Both the position numbers and the translations under genes were made by a program. DNA of 64,000 nt, from the NCBI GenBank assembly GCA_051294905.1, contig CM119378.1, positions 806,001 through 870,000 of the forward strand, written 5' to 3'. The DNA is from Botryllus schlosseri. Its lineage: Eukaryota. Below, piece by piece: positions 41,346 through 52,357 of the stretch. The notes under the pieces were generated by a model that saw only the letters and a program-made list of their open reading frames with translations, searched no databases and was not told where the DNA came from. Position 1 is the stretch's first letter; each line of letters opens with the position of its first letter.

Positions 41346-41707
41346 ATTTCGTGCTTTGTGGAGAGTTGGTGATGGGCTTCTAATTCTATGAGGGGACTTT
41401 TTTGTCAAATACATATTTAGTTTTATTGCAATGTCATAGTAGAAATTGCGGTCATTGGCTTAATGCGACAGGAAGCAAAATACAGTTTGGAAAAGCAGCA
41501 ATGTCGTTAAGAAGTGATAGTCTTCAGATCCGCTTACTTCGCACAGACGTCAGACAGGTGTGCAAAAATAATATTTTATGGAGAGAAGTTACGTCACAGA
41601 AAAAGCGCTCCACCTAGTGTAGCCATCTCTCAAATTTAAAAGCGAAGACTTATTAAGAAAGACGTTTCAATCTCCACAAGTCTCCGTAGAAGCTTCTGTC
41701 GATCGCT

Positions 41708-44700
41708 ATGGATATCCAGACGAAGAAGGTAAGATCAATAGTTACTTCGATAAACAGAAATTATTCTTTACGAGATAAATCCATATGAATTAATATCACC
41801 TCCATCCCATTATACGGGCACCTTTTTCGGTATTTTTACCTATTATACGCTCCTTACAATATTCATCCAAACCTAATTCAGCAGTGAACTATTTGAAACC
41901 TACATTCCCGTGGTTATTCGACGCGTTGTGAGTGTAAAGTGTTCAATCCTGGATTGAACACGAGCAGCTGGTTGCTGTGCAGAGGTAATCTGATTGGTCA
42001 TTCGGGTGTTTATGAATAAAGCAGCGATGTCTAGGTCGGAGATTATAAAGTTAGCTTATCCGGGAGAATGCTAATCGCCCGATTAAAACTGTTACTCGTG
42101 GCGCATAAAGCTGGATAACATTTCGGGTGATTATTATCTCGACCCGTATGGTGGAACTTTTAATCCAGCGAAGTAGATTGCCACGATTATCAGTTTTTAA
42201 TCAGATGATTATAACATTTTCGCGGATAAGCTAACTTTATGATGTCCGTCCCGGAGGTTCTAGAATCCCTTGGAATTCCAGCTCCCTGGAAAGGCATAAA
42301 GCAGGAGGCCTGAATTAATGTCGCCAAATTAGCGATAAATGAGCGAACCGAGAAAACAAAGCAATGTTCGAGTTTGCAAGTAACGCCACCGATTAGGAAC
42401 ATTTGTCTGACTTCAGGATTCAACGCATCTCGAATCGGATGATGATTCGACTTTCGACGCTGTTTTGCCATTGAAGGAATCCGGGGCGTTGGTGAAAGTC
42501 CTCCAACAATTCCAGGTGAATCATACCAATGATAGAGTTTGCTTGATGACGAAATAGTCGCTAGATTTCGCAGAACTAGCCTTACAATAACAGCGAAGGC
42601 GCTTAATCCGCCCATGCACACAAAATTGGACAACTAAAAATTTTCAGCCCTTTCAAATTAGATTGGCATTAGGCTTGGTGTAAATTACCGTTGTTGTCGA
42701 CAAAGACCATGAATACCCCAAACAAACAAACTAAATGTTTAGTTTGTAGAAGTCTGTAGGTTTGTATTACAATTAGATCATAGAATCATTTACGAACTCG
42801 ATTAGTATCAGGGGGCCAGCATTACGCTCTGATAAGTATAATCAGACTACTAGAATTATCTGCAAGGTGGCATTCACAACAGTATCCGTAACAACTCATT
42901 TCGATTGCAAATAGGGTTGCAATTAAAACAAAAATCGATCAAAAACTAACCTGTTTAAAACAAGGCTTTTGTTTAAAACATGTTTTTATCGTTTATTTTG
43001 TGTGTTTTTTCTTAAGCCATGACGTCACCAATATTCGATTGTTACGTCATAGGGGATGGACATTGACAATTGAAAATATAGGGTAATTATTGCTCCTTTG
43101 ACGAAATATCCACTGCTATAGCTGTTGAACCGACTATTTTGAAGGCTCCAACCATCTCATATCGTGTAATTCGGCTATTTCCGGTGATATAGGCTCATAC
43201 AACATATTTTTTGGAAAATATTTACACAATTATTGCATGATTTTCCAACTTAATAAAAACACATTTTTAAAGGCCTTTGTTTTCAATGCAACCATAATTG
43301 CAGAGAAGCGGGATTGGTTTGACTCATATCGAGTCAAGGCCGTCGCGGCGCGTGGAAGGAGAATACGAATTCCTCATCTCAGGTCGAGGAAAAGACAGCA
43401 AAGGAACGAGAGAGATCATCAAAAATCTGGGAGGCGACCTAGTCCGAGTTTCGGGAAGTCGAATCGAATCGAATACAGGTTCGTCGAATTTCCAGCGTTC
43501 GGTATCGGTGAGTTTCTGATCGCGTACTGACAAAGGATACTCTTGGTTTTCAAAGGTGAGGCGGCGGCAGAAAGCTCGGAGCCTTTCGACGGATCAGTCA
43601 CTGGTGGGAGTTGGATAATTTTTACATATTTCAAAGATCTTTTTGTGACGCGTTTTTTTTTTGTAGATTTGTTGACAATTCCAAAATTAACTGAAATATC
43701 GTATAAGTATCACTAGGTCACTTTGAAAATAAAACCAATATAAAAAAGTACGCCGGAACTATTTAAGTCACAGACTTTGTAATTAGAAATGTTTTAATGA
43801 CAGCAAACAAGGTTTAAACTATTATACGAATACAGTTTTGCGGAACTTGAATACGACGAATGCATACTTTAAACATAGAATGCTGTGAGATTTGTAAGTT
43901 GCAGAGAAATTATTTAAGTCTACATTAACTTGGATTGGTCAACATCAATAAATGTAAATTTTAAATTGCAAGTTCAACGTTACGGTTTCGTGTAGCATAT
44001 TATAGGCTATTCGAACCTTGTTTGTTTCCATTACGAATTACATAGTCATTGATTTTAATGATGATATGTTTTTGTAAATATACCCTCACCTATTTATTAC
44101 CTAGTAATAAAACGTCCTCTAGCGGCCTGTGTAGACAATGGCATTCATTGCTTACAATTTAGAAATATTATGACTACGCCAAAGAATATATTTACTTTTG
44201 TCTTGGCCCAGCACTACATTTTATGCTTTTCATTTGGAGCCTTGAAAAAAATAATAGCTTATGCCCCAGTTCCAGAGAGTGACTGGTTTTTTTCGAAGAG
44301 TGTCGAAAATTATAATTTTATTGAACTGGATTTTTTAGCGTTCCGTTTTCCGAGAACGATTCAAGACCTCGACCAGTTCGCGAATCGGGTTCTGGATTAC
44401 ATTTCGGATCTACCGCCAGACCATCCGGTTAGATCGGGTCGCGTATCTGCCAAACTATATTCGATGGCAACGCTTTCAATTCGCAGGGATTCTCAGACGC
44501 CGCGTACCGAGCTAGAAGAAAAGAAATGACGAACATCGCCACCAACTATAAGCAGTGAGATTCCCTTGAATGAGTTTGATAACGACACGCGTCACACTAT
44601 TCATTGCATTCAGCGGTCAAAGCATTCCAAGGATAGAGTACACCGAAAAAGAAGTTCAGACCTGGTGATTATTCCACAACAACTCAAAACTATTGGTTAA

Positions 44701-47700
44701 TATTTTTGAAATGTCTTACTTTTACAGGGGCACGGTCTTTCGTAACCTCAAGAAAATCTTTCCGACCCACGCGTGCGAAGAATACAACCGAGTTTTTCCG
44801 CTACTCGAGGAGCAGTGCGGATTTAGGGAAGACAACATCCCACAGCTTGAAGACGTATCACAGTTTTTGCAGAGTAAGAACGCCATAGGCTATCTATACC
44901 CAGAGGTGGTCAAAGTAGTCAAGAAAGTTACTCAAGTAAAAGTAGAAATAGCGACGAAAAAAATCTACTCAAGTACGAGTAGAAGTACTTTTTCCATAAG
45001 CAACATAAAACTACTTGAAGTAGAAGTACAATTGACCGACTTTAAATCTACTCAAGTAAGTAAGTAGTAGCGAAAACGATCGTAATTCGTTCGCATGGAT
45101 TGTCAAAAGCTGCAAATCGAGCCAACAGGTATCCAATTTTCGACAGCATAAGCATTCGTCCACATCACGGGATGAGAATGCTAGTATTGATATGGAAATG
45201 CGATACTAATCTTCCGTTTACTCGAACAGCCCGTTTTAGAAGATATAATGGCGTGGCGCCGTCCCCCATATTATAAGGCCCGTACTTTAGCCGAAGAGCA
45301 ATGCGTAGAAGTTGTATTGGATACGGTGTAAACGCTTTTGCACGATTAGTAAACTTTGATAAAAGATATGGTAGATCGCAAAGATGCCATACTGTGTAGC
45401 TTTATTTCCGGAAATTGAAGGCATTCCTACACTTTCTTCTCTACTTTAACATGTATGTTCTCCAGACAAAAGAAGTGAAACTAATTAGAACTCGTGTATG
45501 ATAGTGGGAATTGAAAGAGAAATATAAATACTACTTCTAAAATTGGAAAATTTATTTCATGTCTTTAGTCCAGAAAAGTTTCAAATGTGGTATGCTAAAA
45601 CAGGTCTAAAGCTAAAAAAAAAACAGTCAGAGTCCATACTATTCCAAATTAGGACACGCCATGGACTGCTAGATTACGATATGATAAGTAAATGCTAGAT
45701 TGCGAAACATCAGTTTCAAACGTTATGATGGGCCATATATAGAGTAATGAAATATTTCATATGGGCGACAATGCGGTGTTAACGGAACCACGCAACCCGC
45801 AACCTAAATTATATTCACCGATACGTTCGTGAAATCATATTAGTCTACTGTGCGCGAAGCGCGACGAAAATTCTGGGCTTTACTCAACTTTTATGAAAAT
45901 TAAATATTGATACTCCGTAACAACAGGCCCAAAATTCCTCAGGCTATCTTCCTGATTGAAGGAATAAACTACTTCTACTTGACAAACTGAAAATAGCGAA
46001 AAGTAAGTAAGTAGATCACAAAATATTACGAAGTAGAAGTAGCGGGAAATTTGATTAACTGGAGTAAGTACCCACGCAGCGGAAAACTACTTGAGTACTT
46101 CAAAAAATAGAAGTACTTCGTTACTGACCACTTCTGCCTGTACCAGGTGTTCGCAGTGGCGAGAAAGCGCAGTGCAGTGGTATAATCCACAGCTGCAATG
46201 GGTTGTTGGTTCGAGTCCGACCAAGGTCGACTCCAAAATTCGTACCTACGAGTTGAGCGGTTATCTAGGCTCCTCCGCGCCATCTCATCCGCTCGAGCGA
46301 TGTCTTATAAAAGGACTACAAGTGGGCCGTGCAACAAGTCGGCAGCTACGGAATAAAAATGAAGAAAATCGGCCAGGTGTTGACCATAGTCGTCGACAAA
46401 CACCATGAATACAAAGTACTAGGTCAATCCGCAAGCCTCCCATGAACCGCAAATGTTCGCCTATAGCCACAGCGACGTAGTTTACCTCCTTACAGATCTA
46501 TTACATTACTATATAATACTGGTGTATTAACTTGTACATCAACAACGGTGTTCGTAGAACAAAACCATTAAAACATGATTAGCACAAAATTTAGACGACA
46601 ACGAATATTTACTGCAAGTCAGTGGAAATTATGGTGTTCCTTTTCAGAGGAATGCGAGGCGTCACCTCTGAATAAAATGTCTCACAATAGCATACGATAT
46701 GAATTGCTGCACCGCAAATGAGCTAGTAGTGTATGTAATTGGAGGTATAATCGGCTACTCAGAAGCATGGAGTGAAAACCACTGATTTATACATTATAAG
46801 CACCGCTGTTTCACTTAAAATTTCATCCAGAGAGGACCGGTTGGCGTCTTCGGCCCGTAGCGGGATTCCACGCGCCGCGAGAGTTCCTCGCCGGGTTGGC
46901 TTTCCGAGTCTTCCACGCGACCCAGTTTATTCGCCATTGGTCGAAACCGCTTTATACTCCTGAACCGTGAGTCGGATATTCCTTTTGACCATCTGTGTAA
47001 AGTTTATATTTTATTGATTTTTCTTTTACCACTAACACTTTTAACTCTATTAACATATTTAAATGCATTTTCTTCAATACCAGCATTCTATAGTAATATA
47101 ATATAATCCGGTCGATTTCTGTTTTCGTGACGTGGCGAAAATTTTGGGTTGCACGACGGTTATCAAGGGTTAAGAATCACTGCTTTATGCCGAGGTTGGC
47201 GTCCAATCAAGAGATTACTTCAAGTCGTTTCGACACCCGCATGTCTTTTCACTATACCGCAAACACGTGGGGCTTTGATCTGATGAAAGCTTAAAAAACG
47301 ACTGACTGATAATGACAGACGGAATTGAATTTCTTCTATGTTGCGAGTTGTATTTTTTAATAGTACCGCTCCCTATAGGTGATTTGAAACCCCTGTTTTC
47401 TAGAGATGTGTGTCACGAATTGATCGGTCACGTGCCGATGTTGGCAGACCCAAAGCTGGCGCAATTCTCGCAGGACATCGGTCTCGCTTCACTGGGAGCG
47501 CCCGATGACTGGGTGGAAAAACTCACCACGGTGAGATCGAATGTCACAGTGTTTCACGCATTGCACTTATCACTAGATGCTATTTCCAGTGCTGGTTTTA
47601 CACCATGGAGTTCGGTGTATGTCGGCAAGAAGGTCAGGTGAAGGCGTACGGTGCAGGACTTTTGTCATCATTCGGCGAACTACAGTATTGTCTTTCTGAT

Positions 47701-48942
47701 AAACCGGAGATGAGAGAGTTCGAGCCCGAGAAGACCGGAGTTCAGGTGAGGGGAGCCCCGAGGTTGAATGCGAATGTTATTACTCATTACTAAAGCTCGA
47801 CCGATGTCGAATTTTGAACCGAGATCGATAACTAGAACGTTCACCGATAACATTGATCTTTTCTGGCGATATTACAAAATATGGCATCTCTATTTTCCAC
47901 AATTTCAGAGCGATTATTTGAGCAGCTCCAGTACTTCTACCTGAGTCAGAGTGTAAAGTTAAGAGGTTACTTTTACTTGAGTGCCAGCTATGACTACAGC
48001 ACATCTGTTTGCAAGCTACAAGAAATAGATGAATATTCCCAGTCTAGAAGTCGCAGATAATAGTTCTCCGGCTTCCTAGTTCCTACTACCATGCTGTGGC
48101 GCCATGAAAATAGCCGATATTTATTTATTCTTAATGTCCGATACCGATATCTCTTCAAATTTGTGATATCGAGTCGATATTATCGGGGAACCGATAGTCG
48201 GTCGGGTTTTAGATATTAATGTTGCCAAAACAACAACAGCGCAATCGCTTTGATACTGCAGCAATTGACGGCTTATTGTCTCTTGTGGTGTGCATTAAAA
48301 ATATAGCAAACCAATCGTCTTGGTGCTCGGCTATACAATACTTATCTGGAGATATAGCCTGTTGCTCTTGGTGGAGCTCTTCGTAACAGATGTACGCTCA
48401 ATACACTGGTTTATTCAAACGTTATGAAGTAGTAGCGTATAGCGTCTCAATCATAATCTTAATAACCATCTAACATGTGTTACATTCACTTATACGAGTC
48501 TATAACTCTGTGGTCTAGAGTCATCACAAGAAGTAGTTTCTTATGCTAGACATCGCGGATCATCATATACGAGTGATCACAGCGAGATAGCTGCAATACA
48601 TATATCCGGCCCATCTGTATTTGCTACCTTTCATTCTACGATTAAAGCCCTATCGGAACACGGAATACCAGCCCATTTACTACGTCGCCGAGAGCTTCGA
48701 AGACGCGAAATCGAAACTGCAGAAATTCTGCGACCAGATTCCGAGACCTTTCGTCGCCAAGTACAATCCGTACACGCTGGAAGTGGAGATGCTCGACAAT
48801 AAAGATAAGATATTGAATCACGCCGCCAAACTGAAAGGTGCAGATGCTCGAGAATGACTTTGGTCCGTGGCCATCATTCTTATCTCTCGTTTCAGATGAC
48901 TTTGAGATCCTGAGGGAGGCCGTCAGTCGACTGTGCGCTTGA
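41708..48942 (+). CDS. PAH: Divergent PAH-derived aromatic amino acid hydroxylase, copy C (about 434 aa, or 450 aa with an optional 48-nt exon)
   Basis: Exons 41708-41728 (MDIQTKK, same 21-nt layout as A/B), 42417-42515, 43304-43478 (donor less certain), optional 43556-43603, 44339-44427, 44487-44554, 44614-44664, 44728-44873, 46831-46966, 47404-47530, 47590-47745, 48648-48837, 48896-48942. Catalytic exon sizes are identical to [16 protein letters not shown] and TMEFG iron ligands are intact, with no stops or frameshifts. Confidence 0.9.
44901..46136. mobile_element. MITE with AAGTAGAAGT-type subterminal repeats
   Basis: TIR CAGAGGTGGTCA / TGACCACTTCTG; imperfect 8-bp TSD (tctatacc / cctgtacc). 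Confidence 0.7.
46158..46415 (+). mobile_element. tRNA-derived SINE family B
   Basis: B box GGTTCGAGTCC; body shared with about 50270-50505; 3' fragment near 42695-42732. Confidence 0.7.
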
Positions 48943-50269
48943 ATTTCGTGTTTCGTTGATGAGAATACCTTTTCACATGTTGTTAATTAAACACGCAGCC
49001 TATATGTTCGTTACGGGACTGCTGTAAAGACCATATTTAATAAGGGGTGTCGTGAATTCAACACATGACACTTTTACGTGGTTATTATTTACCGCGAATC
49101 GCTATTTTCAACAATGTATTAGCTAATGCAAACATCGCATATGATCCACATGTTTACATGAGCAATGAAATATGTTGATCGGGTGTTTCCTGCAGTAATC
49201 TGGTGCAAAAGATTGCAACTATCACGAATCTGATTAGAGAGTCACCTTGCTACGAATTTCTTGAGGTGTATAGAACTGCATATATGCCTTCATTAATCTG
49301 TGTTCCGACATCTTACATACGCTGTCACTCGCCGACGATACGTGCGGACTCCATCATCTTAAGATGCTAATCCAGTGGTTTTCAATAGTTTGTCATCGTG
49401 CGTCGTAAGTGCGTTTTTCTACCGCCTAAAGATTGGAACTATGGAGTGATAACAAAGCAACACACCTGTTGCTTCATACCAACACTGTTGTCGAGATCGC
49501 ACTTTTCAGACCACAACCTAATTCTGAGTTTTGTTACCATCTCGCGATCCACTCATACGTTGTTGAAACATCTGTGCTATAAAACACAATGTCCACCACG
49601 CAGTCAGTTTTCAGATTCAGATTTGAGATATAGGCGAAAGCTTGGAAAAACTTTGGACCTACTACAAATTTTACTAGTTTTTAAGTGTGCTGATCATCAC
49701 GCCATGTTTCATTCCATGGTTTATAATTCGAAATGAGTATAGACAATATGCCATCTACAACAGTAAGCCTGCAAAATAGGCTACAAGGTGTAGAATGTGA
49801 AATGATAAGTCCACCGACAGTGCAACCTCCACGATACCAATGAAATGCAATTTGCAAAAAATTGACTTCGTAAACAATTTCGACAATTTTTTGATTTAGC
49901 TCTACAATTTTGACAAAATTTTGACGTTTTTGTACTGTCAAAAAATAATTGCCCAACCGATAGGGAACGAGTCTCTCAACATCTAATTTTTGCTCTGACT
50001 AAAGGCAACTGCGTAAATGAATCGAATAAACTCGACTTAGTGCCACTGACAATCTGATGTTACATGTTACATCAATATTTGAGAACTGCCGCGCACTGTA
50101 GAAGTCAGTAACGAATTTAACTACAATCTCGCAAGGGAAATTGCACGACAATTCAGGAATACGAGTGTACCAAGCAGACAAGAATGAATACAGAAAATTG
50201 ATGTTTACAAATTGAAAAGCGCGCATCCAATCCCTAATTGCCCTCTTATATCCAACACCAGAAAGACAA

Positions 50270-50505
50270 CACCAATGGGTTGTGGGTTCGAGTCCGACCG
50301 AGGTCGACTTCAGAATTCCTACCTAGGTGTTGGAGGTTTATCTGAGCTCCTTCTAGCCATCTCATCCACGTAAGCGGTGTCTTACAAAAAGCCTAAGTGA
50401 GCCGTTTACAAGTAGGCAGATACGGAATCAAAAATAAGAAATATCGGCCCGGTGTAAATGACCATAGTAGGCCAGTCGACAAACACCATGAATATCACAA
50501 ACAAC
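50270..50505 (+). mobile_element. tRNA-derived SINE family B, second copy
   Basis: caatgggttgtgggttcgagtccgaccgaggtcgac...gtcgacaaacaccatgaata aligns with 46196-46411. Confidence 0.7.
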
Positions 50506-51242
50506 AAGGCACGGCTAGGATCGGACAACGCATTGAGTATTGATTTGCTCGCATTGTGACAATTGTATGCGGAATATAATGGCGTTCTGGGCTGCTTCCA
50601 TGCATTTCCCTATGTACGTTCGCAAATCGTTACTGGAGTAAACGACCATGCACTGTAATGAATTTCAATATTTCAATTCGTAGGCATAAACGATATCCAA
50701 TATCGCGCTACGACTAAAAAACTACATACATAGAACGTGCATATGCTCATCCCATTCAGATTGGAGACAATGTTTCTCGGCGTGCGGCATGCGTGCCTCC
50801 AAATCGACATGTGTAGCAAGGTCACGTTTTTATCCTCTTGCGTGGCTTATATATTTGTCTCATTACTAATTAGTTAAATTTCTCAGCTCACGCATCAATC
50901 CCTTTTTGTGGCATGCATGGTGATCATTAGTTTTCGAACCACACAATTGGTCAATGGCCCGGCCATCGGTGTTGTGCTGATTACGAAATTGCGGGTATGC
51001 CCAGAATACAGAATAATTACGGGCTAAGCGCGGCATATCCAGCCTAACCATGAGGTTTAGCGCCCATGTCTGAACATGGTTACTGGTTAGTTAGAAAAAG
51101 GGGTGCCTCCGGGAGAACAATTTAGTGAACGATTATCGTGAAATTAGGTGAATTCAGCCATTGGTAGTGGTGAGTGGTGACGTCATATTTTGAGCTACGA
51201 TTGCTGATATACGATTTCCTTTTGAATTAGTTGCTGACGATT

Positions 51243-51276
51243 ACCCCTGACGAGAGTCAACCGAAAATATTCGGGT
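51243..51276 (+). ncRNA. Minimal type I hammerhead ribozyme-like motif in a Penelope terminal fragment
   Basis: accc-CTGACGA-gagtcaacc-GAAA-atat-TC-gggt: catalytic core boxes, 4-bp stem I, palindromic AATATT stem III, weak stem II. Confidence 0.55.
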
Positions 51277-52357
51277 TCATTTCCATATGAATATACTGTC
51301 CATTAGTAGTAGCATAGAATTTTATGAAATACATCGGGGCCGGAGCTACTTTTCACACAACCGGCTCCAGCTTCGGCTCCTCTTCAATTTTATGTAGAGC
51401 TCCGGTTCCGCTGGAAATGCACGGCTCCGGGGCGCCGGCTCCGGCTCTAAAGCTCTCATTTCCACAGTGCTGCGATCGTGGCCTTCGGCACGGCATTCTG
51501 GTTGTGAGAAACGATATCGCTTCTAGTTGACGGGCATATTTTCCTAAATTTATGAGTAGAATATATCCGCCTTAGTAATGATGAGACCTGTTCAAGGTGA
51601 AATGGCACTGTCCGGATCCTGTGATAAGTCCGCGATATTTCAAATAAATTTTGATGGAGATTTTGATGGAGAAACATAAATCAATCATCTCAGAAAACTG
51701 CTCGAGGATATGGTGGTTTAATCCAGGATATATTCTAATTAAAGAGTCCTTACCAGATAATAAATTCATTCTGTAAAGTTTCCAAGCATGAAATGATTGA
51801 GGAGCTGATTACATTACAGTGTAGAACAATTTTGAGTTCAACCCGAAGTTCAAGAACTTCAATCAATTGTTCTGGACACACAATTAAATCAAATGAAAAC
51901 AGTCTCACTGGAGTCGGGTTGATTTTTCATCGTTATGCTTCCCCACTCATATTTGATAGAACGTGTTTCTGACTCACAGTAGAAACTGACTGACTATACG
52001 GGATTGTCAACACCAATATGACGACGATGGTAATGATAATAATACTACACCATGCAGCTTCTTCCGTCTCATTATTAGCTTTGATAAATGCATAAAAACT
52101 TTCGTTTTATGATTTAGCTGTGTCTTGTGAGGGGGTCGGAGGGCGCTGGCACTTTATTCGGTGTCCAGTGGGGGGGTGGCGATAGCTCAAAAAGTTTGAG
52201 AAACACTGCACTATCGGAAAAAATCGACAGCTTTCTTTTCCTGGACGCGTTCCCACACAGCAGCTGTGCGCCTGCACCGTTGTCATCCATAGCAGCGGTA
52301 GCATAAATAAAATAACAAAATGTGGAATCTCCCGTTCGAATACCAACATTTTGCTGC

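Noticed and set aside
41708..48942. Calling copy C a TPH or TH ortholog
   Set aside because: It has some TPH-like (F326, NRVL) and TH-like (HVPML, SQDIG) residues, but it shares intron positions, the WR.RPVAG and IRHWS idiosyncrasies and the C-terminus with A/B; best read as a PAH-derived paralog pending phylogeny.
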